A stretch of 64,000 nucleotides of DNA from Octopus sinensis. Lineage: Eukaryota. The DNA is taken from contig NC_043007.1 in assembly GCF_006345805.1 (NCBI RefSeq), forward strand, positions 60,388,001 through 60,452,000, in the 5' to 3' direction. Under the pieces are notes generated by a model that saw nothing but the letters and a program-made list of their open reading frames with translations, was not told the DNA's origin and ran no database searches. The first letter of the stretch is position 1, and each line of letters begins with the position of its first letter. The position numbers were made by a program, and so were the translations under genes. This document shows positions 13,831 through 27,224 of this stretch, piece after piece.

Positions 13831-14167
13831 GGACCCCCTTCGGTCACGACACTGACCATGGGATTGCACCTAGAAAGTTACCCTCCTAGTCACAAGACTG
13901 GGCAAGGTGGTTTATGGAAGACCATCAGTCGCCCATGCATACCGGTCTCCCCTCTCCACGCCTCCAGTGTTATCCAAGGGAAAGGCAGCAGCCAATACAG
14001 CTTGGCACCAGTGACGTCGCAACTCATTTCTACAGCTGAGTTAACTGGAGCAACGTGAAATAAAGTGTCTTGCTCAAGAACATAACACGCAGCCCGGTTC
14101 GAGATTCGAACTCACAACCTCACGATCGTAAGCTCGACGTTCTAACCACTGAGCCACACGCCTTCAC
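13829..14167 (-). mobile_element. tRNA-derived SINE (family C)
   Basis: Reverse complement begins GTGAAGGCGTGTGGCTCAGTGGTTAGA...GTTCGAATCT (A/B boxes); 3' part shared with 41588-41786. Confidence 0.85.
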
Positions 14168-14557
14168 ACACACACACACATATATATATATATTTATTTA
14201 TTGTTTCGGTGATTAAACTGCAGCCATCCTAGGGTACCATCTTTCTGAATTTTTGTGGAATGAATTGTCCCCAACACTTATTTTCTTTAAAGCCTGATAC
14301 TTTTTCTATTGTTCTCTTTTTTCAAAACTGCTAAGATACGGGGATGTAAATATGCCAAAACTGGTTGTCAAGTGGTCAGCAGGAGACAAGAACCACACAC
14401 ACATATACAATGGGTTTCTTTCAGTTTCTGTCTCCCAAATCCATTCACAAGGTTATAGTAGAAGACACTTGCCTAAAGTGTCATACAGTGGGACCGAATC
14501 CAGAACCATGTGGTTCAAAAGCAAACTTCTTACAACATAGTCATACCTTTGCCTATA

Positions 14558-15838
14558 CAGGGTGTACCAAAATGAAGGCAACACCCTTTTTTCAGTTTTG
14601 CCAAAGCAAAATATTGTCATATTTTCGGGTCTAAGCATTGCAATGCTATGGTAAAGGAAACACAATTATGGCACTACCAAATTTATTCAATATGACCACC
14701 TCTGTTTCGAATGATAGCCTTAAGTCTAGGTGCAAATGCTTCACATGTGGCACACAGCTGTTCTTGCAGAATCAAAACCCATTCCTGGCACAGTTTTGCC
14801 TTCAGTACATCAAATGAAGCATCAAGAGTGCTCAAGACCCTCATCTCTAAAATGAACCAAACAGAAAAATCCAATAAGATGAGACTGGAGCTTCTTGAAG
14901 GCCATACATCCTTGCCTGTGACCTGTGAATGACAATGTTTTTCTGAATCTAGTGTTGTGTCTGTCTGTTTGTAGAACTGTGGAGTGTTGCCGTGTCCTGC
15001 TGGAGCCTCCAAGGTGCACCTTGAAAGTGTTCATTTGCTCATGGAAGTGCTTCAGCTTCCAGAATGTTGCTAATGTATTGCTGGGTGTTAATTTTAACAC
15101 CCAAGGACACAAAAACAAGGAGAGACCTTCCAGTGGCTGTCACAGCCACCTAAACTATAACTGACTGTGGATTTCAGCGTCAATTTACAAGTCTACCCTT
15201 GACGGAGCCTGATACACTCCAAAGTCTGTCATTCTGGTGGTTTACTGTCTGTTCAATGTCAAATTTCTTTTCATCAGTGAACACCAAGTTGGGCAACATA
15301 CCTTCAATCTGACACAAGATAAGATGACTTCTCTTCAGTCTCATGGCCTTATAAACTTGTGTGTGTTCATGACAGCAGATCATCTTGTAGAAGTGGGTCC
15401 TGAGATTCTTCTTCAGCACTCTATACATCAATGTTCAGTTTATTTTGTTGAGGCAGCCAGTTTTCTGACAATAATGAGGATTTCACCATATCTTTTCTCT
15501 AGTACTTTTGATAGGCTGAAGGGTCCATACACTTTTTTTTCAGCCATGTCCAGGTCAATCAGTTGTGGAACTAGTCTCTTGAAATTTTTTGACAGACTGT
15601 TGTTCAGTTAATTTTAAGTTTTTTTTACTATAGTTGTGTTACTTTCACCTCCTTTGTGGAAGGTTATGATTGTATTTTGGTCTATAGCCATTATCTAATC
15701 TATAAATCTGAATTTTAGTCTGAAACAAAAAGAAGAGACACTAAGCTTTTATATGATGTATAATTTTCAGATTTTATCACACTTATTGATAGTTATTAAA
15801 GCCCAAAACTTTGGTTGCCCTAATTTCAGGATACCCTG
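14558..15838 (-). mobile_element. Tc1/mariner DNA transposon, maT/DD37D-like, decayed
   Basis: TIRs CAGGGTGTACCAAAATGAAGGCAAC / GTTGCCCTAATTTCAGGATACCCTG, left TA; fragments LVFTDEKKF...NHQNDRLW, WPSRSSSLILLDFSVW and RGGHIE. Confidence 0.88.
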
Positions 15839-15960
15839 TGTGTGTGTATAGATAGATAGATTCCAGAGAACTGTTCTGCTAAGGACAATTTTGCTTTTCA
15901 TCTTTTCAGGGTTGATAAAATAAGTAGGCAGCTGAGCACTGGACTCAATGTAATCAACTT

Positions 15961-16196
15961 TATTTCTTTATTGCCCACAAGGGGCTAAACATAGAGGGAA
16001 CAAACAAGGACAGACGAACGGATTAAGTCGATCATATCGACCCCAGTATGTAACTGGGACTTAATTTTTCAACCCCAAAAATTGATGAAAGGCAAAGTCG
16101 GCCTCAGCAGAATTTGAACTCAAAACGTAATGGCAGACGAAACACCGCTAAGCATTTCGCCCGGCGTGCTAACGTTTCTGCCAACTCGCTGCTTTA
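15961..16196 (-). mobile_element. SINE (family D, Meta-domain-like) nested in an older related SINE, with 14-bp TSD
   Basis: AATGTAATCAACTT at 15947-15960 and 16197-16210; GCCTTTCATC...GGGGTTGA-type central domain. Confidence 0.8.
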
Positions 16197-16595
16197 AATG
16201 TAATCAACTTACTCTTCCTTCGAAATTGCTGGCCTTGAGCCAAAATTTGAAACTAGTATATCAAGAATTTATTTTACATAGTATACTTTGTCTTTGTAAT
16301 TCAAAATTTATGCCATAGCAATTCTGTGTTATTTTTGTTCATACATATAAAGCAGCTGAAAAATTTATAATTCACATTAGAAATATGAGTGAAAGCATAT
16401 CAAAAATAAAAATCTACATTTTCAGTTCTATTTAAGGTACAGATGTGTGTCATAGATATAGAATCCCTTCATAACAACAGCTTAAGCAAGTGTCTTCTAC
16501 TACAGACTTGGGTCAACAATACATTGTGAATTAAATTAGTTGGCAGAAACTTTACGGAAATCTCTTGTGTGTGTGTGTGTATGTATGTATATATG

Positions 16596-16633
<38 letters not shown>

Positions 16634-19600
16634 GCCATATCACCTGAAGAAATGAAAAAAGACTCACCTGATATCCATATATATTATAGATTAAACTGTA
16701 ATCATCCCAGGTATGTGGGCTATAGTCACAAAAAATGTGATTTGTGGAAAATGGATTATTATTACTACTACATAGAAAGTGTCTGTGTGTATATATATCT
16801 TTTACTTTTTACTTACCTCATTCATCACACTGCAGCATTGCATTTAAGAATTTTAGTCAAATGAATTACTTATACACAATGGGCATCTTTCTGATTCTGT
16901 CTACCAAATCCACTCACGAGGCTTTTGTTGGCCCAAGACTATAGTAGAAGACATTTGCCCAAAGTACCACACAACAATAGTTGCATCTAATTAATTTCAT
17001 TGAGGTTTATAACATGCCTACCAGATCATTCCATGGATTTGCAAAATTCTCCTTTTTAATCAGTTTTTGAAGTATAATTGACTAGGTTCCTTCAGGAAAT
17101 GCTGATGCGGTGATCAGATTACACTTTTCCCCTAATTATCGTTATTATATAATATATATATATATATATATATTATTCAAAGGAATTCCAACTCTGTCTG
17201 TTTTTTATGTTTTATTTATATTCTTTATAATATTAATGTAGAATATAAAGTATAAATAGTATATATAGTAAAATGAAATGAAGTATTGATTGTCTTATTG
17301 AATAGATGAAATACTGAATATCAAATATTAAGGGACTAGCATACTTTCTTGTATTAAAGCAGTCTTCATGGTCCCAGGTTGTGACAGGAGTGTTTCAATA
17401 CATATATGTAAACATTATCAATACCACATGCTTAAGATGTGTGTTGTTTAAATGCCAGGAGCTGCAGTTTATTGTCCAGGAAAACCTCTTTAAAGACATA
17501 AAGTGTTAAAAAACATACTTTAGTGCAAATCAAAATAAAATCACCCTTGAAGCAAACACAAGAGCAATAAATATGCATTTCACTGTAAATGCAGCTTATC
17601 AATATCAGGCACTCAAGTCACCTCCCAAATGAAATCAAAATCTCTAGCCTGAAACATAATACAGATGGTATAAAACCTATTTATTGGTTAGCAACGGTAC
17701 ACAAGTAGAATATCTCCAGATTGTGCAATAGAAGCATCTTTATAATACAAACATTACTAATACCACATTCTTAATGTACATGTGTTATTTTGTATGTATG
17801 TGGCATTGTTTACCTTCCACATGGTGTCCTATGACAACTTTTGAACAAAACATCCTGTACCTCTTGGATTTTTTACTTCTAACATCTCATGAAATATTAA
17901 AAGAATAAAATCTTCTATTTGTTGGCAGCAGAAATGGCATCTGGCCATAAAAATATTGCTTCATAAAACATCTTCATCCAACTCATGCAATCATTGAAAA
18001 TTGGACATTAAAATGATGATATATATATGAATGTACTTTCATACATATGTGTTTGTTTAGGCATAGTTATAATAATGTTAAGAACTTCACTTCAGAACGT
18101 TGTAGTTTAAACTGGTCATGTCCAGCCCAAACATTTTACCCATTTTATCTTCAAACCAGCCAGATCCAGCCTTTCACATCTACCCTAAAATGTCATTCTA
18201 AAAATAAACAATCACATCTTCAAAATTTCAAAACTATGAGGTAATGAATGATTAATTCAAAACTATGTAATTAAATAAACATTTCTTTTGATAGTAATGT
18301 GAATGCTAAAGGGTTCGTTCCCATTGTCAGCCGTATCTTCTCCAGCTGCAGGCTGACCAATGCCTTGTAAGTAAAATTAGTAGACAGAAACTGTTAGAAT
18401 AATGTCTTCCCCTTGACTTAACATTTCACACACTTTGAAAACAGTTTCCATTCATACAAACTGTGTTGTTTGTTTACTGTCTTCCAAGAAAATATGTCCA
18501 GCAAATGAGCTGTTCATTGTTCAAAGGATTTGTTGAAATATTACCTTGCTTGGAGACGAGTGAGGGTTGATAACAAAAGTACCATCCAGTTGTAGAAAAC
18601 TATATCTCAACAAGCTCTGTCTGAACAATGCAAGTATAGAAAAGTGAGCATTAAAGCAACGATGAAAAAACGTCTTGTCATTAAGCATTTAAAACTTATA
18701 CTCATTCAGCAACAGGCAAGAATTTCAAAACACTAATCATTTAATTTAGCACTTCCAGTGTCTGTATGTTGCAGTACCCCACATACCTTCATATATCTAC
18801 ACAGGTCAGGGTGATGTTCCATTTACCTGTATTCAGAATTAGACATGTTTTGTTTTGGGGTTTTTTTCAACTTTTTGCTTTCACTCTTTTATTTCTAATG
18901 TGCATTGTGATTTTATAACTCACTCCTATCTATTTCACAATGCTTCAAATAACCTACTTTTTTGTAATATGTATGTGTGTGGAGGTAAGATTGTATAGTT
19001 AAGAACTTTACTTTGCAACCATGTGGCTTGGGGTTTGTTGTCACTTTGGACACTTGGACAGGTCTCCTCAACTATAGCCCTTGTCCATTCAAAGCCTTGC
19101 AAGTAGATTTGGTGGATGAAAACTCAAAGAAACCCATTGTATATATATGTGTACACACCTTTATTTTGCACAATGGTTGTAAACAAGTGGCATTGTCATG
19201 CAAGTTGTGTCCTTTGTTTCTAGTCTTCCATGAAAACATCTTAAGGGATATAAAGTCCATCTGCTCAACACATAAAAATGTAAAATAAATAAAGGAAGCT
19301 TGGGAAAGTGGATGTATGGGTAATGTAATGTGAATTTTTATAACACTTGATAAAAATATACAAAGCACCATCTAAGGATTGGGAGGAAGCATGCTTATAA
19401 ATTTTCTTCTGGAATAGATAGCTAGCTGTTGTTTGTACTATAGGTATACTGGTTATATACATGTATAGGTTTTGTCATGAATATTTGAGTATGGTTATTT
19501 AGAATTCATCCAGTGGAAATATATAATTTCTTTTCTGTAGTCTTGCAAGCACATTATTTTTAAGTAGCTTCTAAGTAAGAAGCTTGATTTTTTTTTTTTT

Positions 19601-22396
19601 TTTTTCTTCTCCAGCTAAAAATTTTCATTCCTTGATTTCTATGTAGGAACAGGAGTAAGTAGAAAATGAATCATTAGTTTTGAAAATTCTTTCTGCAAAC
19701 AGCCATTAATGTTATTCCTTTCATTCTCTAGAATTTTCAACCTTGTATTGACTAATTGTTGAGAATAACCATTATTGACTGAAATGTTGGTAACTGAAGA
19801 ATACATCAGAAGTAAATACTTTTGAAGGAAGTTTTATAAAATTTCATGTTAGCTAATCCGTTGTACTCTGTTCAGTGAATAGAGTAATTAGAATGCATAA
19901 GAAGTGAGAATAATCAAACTGATACGGTTAAGCTGTTTCATTATTGTTCTTTGAGACATTCTCTTACAGAGTATAACAGTTCGCTAAAAGATTTTTGAAG
20001 TCATACAGACAGAATTGCATTGTGGAGTTAATTTCAGCTACTTAAAACTCTTACCTAACAACCTGCTGTTACACAATAAAATATTTTCCTTTAAAACATA
20101 CTGTTGGTGAATTCATATTAAATAAAAAGTAGCTCTCACTTGGATGGTAAATATTTTTGCTAAATTTAATTTTCCTGACAAGCAGAATGATAAATCTTTA
20201 ACACAGTATCCAGTGACTGAAAACACCAAATTTACATATTCACAGCTCCCATTTGACTAGCTTTTTGATATGAAAATATATTGTCACTGCTGATACCAAC
20301 CCACCTAAGATGCCCCTTGATTCTATGATACAAACTTCCTATTTTAAAGTTATCTGAATTAAAACCTTCCATTAAAATTTTGTTAAATTATATTCCAAAA
20401 AGTTATTTTGATAAATCGTTTTTTTTTTAAATTATTCAAACAAAAGACTGTGCAACAGAAATATAAGAAAGATTATTAATATAAATAACAATGTTGATAT
20501 TTGCTATGGTCAGTAAACCAGTTAAGATATACAGAGACAGTATTAAGTCTTATTGTAAGAGAAAACAATAGTTTTCTTAATTTTCTAAATACAACGAGTT
20601 ATCTGTTGAAACTTGTACCTTTATGTATATTTGTGTGTGTGTATATATATATGTATATTTGTGTGTGTGTATATATGTGTGTATGTATATGTATACATAC
20701 ACTTCCTCAATTACATGGATTTTGGCATATTAACAATTCTGGACATATTCTTAAATCTCTTAGGTAACATTGCTCGACTGATGTGGTCTTTATTTGATGA
20801 TTATCATAGACTCTGTTGGTTATATGACTATTGTTCACTCTACTGGATAAGCTCATCATCTTAAGATTTGTCCCAACTTACTGAACCTGTTTATACTTAC
20901 GTAATCAATTTTGCCTTCAATTACCTCTATGCAATTTCTTCAGAGATTGCTGCATGTGACTCTGTTACAAGAATTTAGATTTTCATGGTGCATGTGAAAT
21001 TTTTTATTAATGTTATTTCAAAAGTAAGGGTCTTATTGAGTATAAGTATAATTTTATGATAATGGTCCTTTAGTGATTAGACATCATGACTTCATTGAGC
21101 CCTATGATTTTGTGTGTGTATGTGTGTGTCTATGTACACACACACACACACATGTATATAATGCATTACATTCATCATCATCATGAAATTAATGCATTGC
21201 AAACATGATTTCATTTTGTCACATCTACTTTTATCAAAATATACTTCTTTCATGAATGTTATATAGTGCATGATATTTTTCTTTGCTCTCTCACACATAT
21301 ATACATAATATTATGTGTATATATATGTGTGTGTGTATATAATTTTGTGAACTATACACCAGTTTCAGTTGCAGAGAGAACAGCATGCACTATTGCTGCC
21401 ATATTTGTCTCTATCAGCTTCACATGCCATCTGTGCATGAAATGCACAAATCCATATGTTGAGTTAATATTAGTGTGCAATCATCATTTCATAACCACAT
21501 AAATATGTTTCCTGTTGCAAAATGCACCTCATCCAATTCCATACATATGACTTGGGATTCAATCCATGCTTTCATTAGTAATGATCAGTTTGTAAACTTT
21601 AATCTTTAGTGATAGTTGATTTAAGCAACCAAATTATTAAGTTTTTATATTTATATTTTTTATTAATACAACCTTTAAGATTTGATATTTAATTTCAGTT
21701 CTACACAAAACACAAATTTTTATTCCATTTAATGTAATGTCTAATAGCTCTCCAATCAACTATCTACATAATCCAATGGTGAAAATTAATAAGACAGCCT
21801 TTTCTATATTATGGTCAGTTAACTATATATCAATTCATGACTGAGCAGTTCTAATGATAAACCAAAGTGGCGTGTTGTTGATACTGGTGTATTTTTATTT
21901 TTTATTTTTGTTTGTATTTTTGGGGGGTTTTTTTGTTGTTTTTTTTTTACTTTTCTTTTTAGGATATGAAGGCATTGTATTGCCCCATGTTGCTAGTACT
22001 GATAAACATTTCAGTTTATTACTTTTTATTTTTGTCAGTGTGTACACATTTATTTGTAAATATTTATATTGTTGATACAATTTGCAGAAAAATCTTGATG
22101 CTATTTTATACAAAACTTGTATAAAAAAAAATAAATAAATTGCCTTCCATCCAAACAACTGCAACTGTAAACAGTATTTGATATGAGTAACGTTTACCAA
22201 GATTTTACTGCATTTTTATGCACCAGAATTAATAAGAACAATTGTGTACACACCATTCTCCATATTTTATTTATAATTTCTACATTTCTTTTATAATCTA
22301 CAGCAGCTTACTATTTTTTTCATGATTTTGTTGGTTAATCACTCTACAGCTTTACGTCTTAAGTTAATATCAATTTGTTCTTTCTGTTTTTATTAG

Positions 22397-22426
22397 TGCT
22401 TGCTAATGAGCCAGAGGGGAATATTG
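22397..22426 (+). CDS. ATP2B: Candidate 30-nt PMCA microexon at splice site A (xLANEPEGNI)
   Basis: Polypyrimidine tract + tattag | 30 nt | gtatgt; phase 1/1 with no stop; GCATG 30 nt downstream. Confidence 0.6.
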
Positions 22427-24332
22427 GTATGTGTATTTTGAATTTTTGTTTTTGGGCATGCTTGGGCCAGATTATGGTGTTTCTTTTCAAACTGAATCTA
22501 CTATCTCTCACTCAATCCCTTTCTCTTGCTCTTCTCCTTCAATGCATAATCTGATATCCTTGTTCTAAACTAAACAACTGTTATTGCCCTTTATCATTCA
22601 TTAATCGTGTCCTGCACCCTGTTGCTTCCTTATTTATCTAATATTCCTGACCCATTCCTTGACTTCTGAGCTTCATTGCATGATACCACATTTATGTCCT
22701 CAAGTAATTCGATATTAAGACACTGTGGCCAACACTAGCTATAACACACTACTTTGGTGGCAATGGTTTTCTGATGCTCACTTAGCTTCTATACAGGATA
22801 GTGCTAAAACCAATAGTTGTTGTTAAAGAACAATTTCAGATAATACTCCATTTTAACATCTCACTTTATTTTGTGTTCTTGCTTTCATTTCTTTATCTTC
22901 ACTTTGTTTTTCTCTACCACCAGTTTTTCCTTACCTTCCTGTACTGATATAACCCTTCCTTTACAAGATACCCTTTTAAACAAAGACAGTCTGGACTTTT
23001 AAACACTTATCCCTTCAACACTTCTCTTAGTTTGCAACCTTTGTTTTTTTTCCCACTTTTTTGTGTTCACCAAAAATTTTAATATATTTTTGTTTTATTT
23101 GAGCATGAATTTACATTTGTATGTCATCATTTTTTATCTGTAAGTATTAAACACTAATTTCGTTATATACTAAACATTTTCCCTTTTTTTTTTTTTGTGG
23201 TCTAAGTTACTTTCTTTCCTCATTACAGTGTATATTTTTCGTTATTTTATGTTATATAATATTATTTTAAAATACATACATTTTTATTGTATTCATAAAC
23301 AACACACTAGGCAGCATTTTTATTTTTATAAATCTAATCCCCAAAGGTTTAGCTTAATTTAAAACCAGTGCCTTCTGTTTTAAATTTAGAAACAATTTTT
23401 TTTTTATTTTGTCTGAACATGTCAAATCAGATGTAAATATGATAATTTTTGGTTGGTTTTAGTTTTTCCATTGACAGTTCTGTCGTATGGCTTTAGTTTT
23501 ATGTGTATATGTATATTTTGTTTTGTCGTATGTCTTTTATGTTCCTTTTTCAGCGTTTGTCCAAATGTACTTTCATTTTCCTGTTCTACAGGTATACTTC
23601 ACTCCCCTTTCCCCCTTTTGTTGCGTTACTTGGAGGCTATTTTTAGGTAGGAAGCTGTGAAAGTGCAACGATATAAGCCTGGCTTGTTAGTCTAATTTCA
23701 CTTGTTATTAATTCAGTGAAATCAATTTTGAGGAATGATCTATATAAAAACAATTTATCATGTTCTAGTTTTGGTGTCTATTCTTCTAAATCAAACTCAG
23801 TTGTTCAGGCTCTATCATAAAATTACAATTAAAATAGTTTGTTAATTCTAAAAGTACCCCCACCACCACCAATCAAAAAATTCAGTTTTATACTTAGAAG
23901 AAAATCTAAGTAGATGCATAAAAATTTTATACAAAATGCTTTTTTTTTTTTATTTCAAAAAAAAAAAAAGTTTTTCTAGCAAGTTTAGATATCATAAATA
24001 TTCTAATTAGAAATAAAATATGACACTTACTCATAATTATTATAAGAATAACACAAAAGTTTTCCTACTGTTTTATTCAATAGATTTGGAAGACTTTCTA
24101 ATATTTCAGTAAACTTTGTTTAATGTTTTATAACATATTCTTTCAGCTCCATTTGTGATTGCATTTTTTGCAAAGAAGTAAATATATCAGAAACTTTCAG
24201 TTTCTCCTATTTGTAAATAGTTTGTTGAAGCTTCATAATTTAGTATTTAACCGAGGTGCTCTTAGCCTACTTGCACATATATGTGTTGCCATCTGTTTAA
24301 TCATTGGTGGTATTTCACCATTTGAATTTCAG

Positions 24333-24410
24333 ATAATAATAAAGTGAATACTGCGGACTCAGGAAAGAAAGCTTCCCATGTCTCTAAGGCATGGCTTAAT
24401 AAATCAAGCT
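24333..24410 (+). CDS. ATP2B: Candidate 78-nt PMCA cassette exon at splice site A (xNNKVNTADSGKKASHVSKAWLNKSS)
   Basis: tttcag | 78 nt | gtaagc; phase 1/1, open, polar and basic like the PMCA A-site loop. Confidence 0.55.
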
Positions 24411-26142
24411 GTAAGCGATTTCTACTGTTTCAACATATTAAACTTGCTGAGCCCTATCTTTGTTGGCCTTCATCTTCTTTCTTACTGCTATTTCTAACTT
24501 CCTGGAAAGCACCTACTTTACCGTACTCTCAGTCCTCTGCCACAGACTTTGTGATTGTTATTGTGTAGCTTATTGATAATGTGGAATAATTTCTTCATTT
24601 CTCCTTGACTTGTTGTGCTTTCTCAGTTCAAATGTTGTTTTGTTCAATGTCTTAGTTTTTCTTTCAGTTACAATTTATTAGTTGCTTAGATCTTACCACT
24701 CAGAAGTATGTTACTTCTGAAATCTGCCCTAGTCAATTATCCTCTGCTCTTCCAAGGTCAGCTAAAATAGAAACTTCTGAATGTAGGTCTTGCTCTATAA
24801 ACAGATCTAACTAAGCTTCAATGTTTGAAACAAATCCTTTTCAATCTGTTTACACATTTATGTCTGTGTTTATTCTAATGCCACCTAAATTGCAGCAATC
24901 CAGAACTATGAATAATACATGTGCTGTTTTATTTCGATGTGTTGACAACTTCTACACACATAGATATTTGCACGTTAGTATGCATGCATGCATACTATTA
25001 AACAAAAGAAATTAACTCAGTTTTTTGCATATATGCGCCCTGAATAAATTTTACACGCTTCATTATCATTTCTTTCTTTTTATTGCCCTTTTATAGAAAG
25101 TTATTGATAGTTTCTTAGATACAATAAGCTAAAAATAATATATACTTATCTACTGTCATTTCAAATTAAAGTTACTCACCATTTAATCTGCGTAGTTGTG
25201 AATAAAGATTTTTTTTTTTTAAAGGAAATGAAGAATATTTTAAACTAACAACTGCTGAAATCTTCAACCTTTGATTAATAGAAATTACATTGATTATCCT
25301 CTAAAGTATAAGGATAAGATGTCTAAGCTTCTTGTTTGATGTTTCAGTTTTGATTTTGTTTTGTCTTTTACCCAATCAGCTCTGATGAAACTATTATCAC
25401 TGATACCAATCTTGTGTTGGAACAACCCCCAAAGACAATATGTCTAATTATGGATTGGTTTTTTTTTTTTTGATAGTTTTATGCTAGAAAAATTTTACCA
25501 CAGATGATGGTACAGGCAGAGTAACTTCAGCAGGATTTCAATTTGGGACTGTAAGTTATTGAGTCCTCAGTGAATTACATCCTACTCCAGCACCTAACCA
25601 TTGAGTCACTTTCTGTCATTGTTTGCATCACGCAATTGTCAGTTTTGAAACCTACCCTGTACTTAGTGGTACTGGAAATTCAGAAAGTCTTAAGAAAAGC
25701 TTTTAAGAATTACCGATTAAATTTTGCTCATTTCAGTATCATACAATGAGGAATGCAATGCTTTCTGAAGAAAATATTACTTATGCAGGATACATTATTT
25801 AATAGAGAAATTATCTAAAATTCCATACATTTTCAAAAGTTTTTAATTAAATAGAAATTGTCCTCCAATAATGTACGTTTTTGCAATATTTAAGGATATC
25901 TTTTCTTTTTAAATTCCACTTATATAAATCTTTGCCATTATATTCTAAACATGTCTTTGCTTATTTCTCTGAAACTGTAGTTGCTTTTGTACATCGCTTT
26001 CAACAGAGACAAGAGATGAAGAATGGCATCTCCACAGACTTAAGCTTTGTGTATTTTATTGAAAGGAAAAAAAATCTATTCCTTGTGTGTATCTGTATGT
26101 TCAACATGTTGGCTATTTCTCCAAACTTCTTTTATTTATTAG

Positions 26143-26160
26143 GTAATATCTCACCATCTG
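26143..26160 (+). CDS. ATP2B: Candidate 18-nt PMCA microexon (xNISPS)
   Basis: cttcttttatttattag | 18 nt | gtacag; phase 1/1; donor only moderate. Confidence 0.4.
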
Positions 26161-26902
26161 GTACAGTTTGATGTACAGTAAATTGTTTGAGTGAATACAT
26201 GTTCTGTATTCATCAGTAACATCAATATGCACATATATATACATATGTGTATATTATACATTTTTATTTTTGTTAAACAAAAATCAGTTTTATTGAAGAG
26301 CTGTTGGTGTTGTGTGCCTGTTCATGCATGCAGATTGGCAAAATGCCAATGTGAAGACAGTTGCATTCTAAGTAGTTTTTAAAAAGTTAAATATTAAAAA
26401 CTTTTTCCTTTCCTTATTTCAGAGAATAGAATCAAAACTTTTCTCAACCAAAATATTATTTTCTTTTGTGTGTGTGTGTGTGTGATAGGCATTCATCACA
26501 TGAAAATATTAGTATTTCTTGTATGCCTTGCATATAGTTTTCTTGATTTCACTTATTGGACAGTGGTCATCCTGAGGTACCACCCCAAAGGTATAAGCTT
26601 CTTCTCAACTTCAATTTTTCAATGTGTATATATATATATATTTATATTTATAAACCATAAAATGTTAGGATATATGAGAGGTGAATATATTTAACCATTA
26701 TACATGCATAGGATTACAGCTGTTTCGCAACCTTCATCATGTAATAATAATTTCCATGTATAGTAAATTATGTTTATATGTCTGCACTAATATGCATGCT
26801 ATGCATTACACAATACAATTGTACATTCATGATTCATTAAATAGAGAAAGCTAGCTCATCAGATTACCAGAACATCAACTGTATGTATACATACAAAATT
26901 TT

Positions 26903-27131
26903 CTCTTTATACTCTTTACTCTTTTACTTGTTTCAGTCATTTGACTGTGGCCATGCTGGAGCACCACCTTTAATTGAGCAAATCGACCCCAGGACTTATT
27001 CTTTGTAAGCCTAGTACTTATTCTATCGGTCTCTTTTGCCGAACCGCTAAGTTACTGGGACGTAAACACACCAGCATCAATTGTCAAGCGATGTTGGGGG
27101 GACAAACACAGACACACAAACATATACACAC

Positions 27132-27224
<93 letters not shown>

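Noticed and set aside
19615-19654. Exon candidate with long poly-T acceptor and gtaagt donor
   Set aside because: 40 nt, not frame-preserving, and has an in-frame TAG in phase 1.
1-21500. Upstream constitutive PMCA exons (TM1-2, actuator domain)
   Set aside because: None found by eye; presumably 5' of the window.
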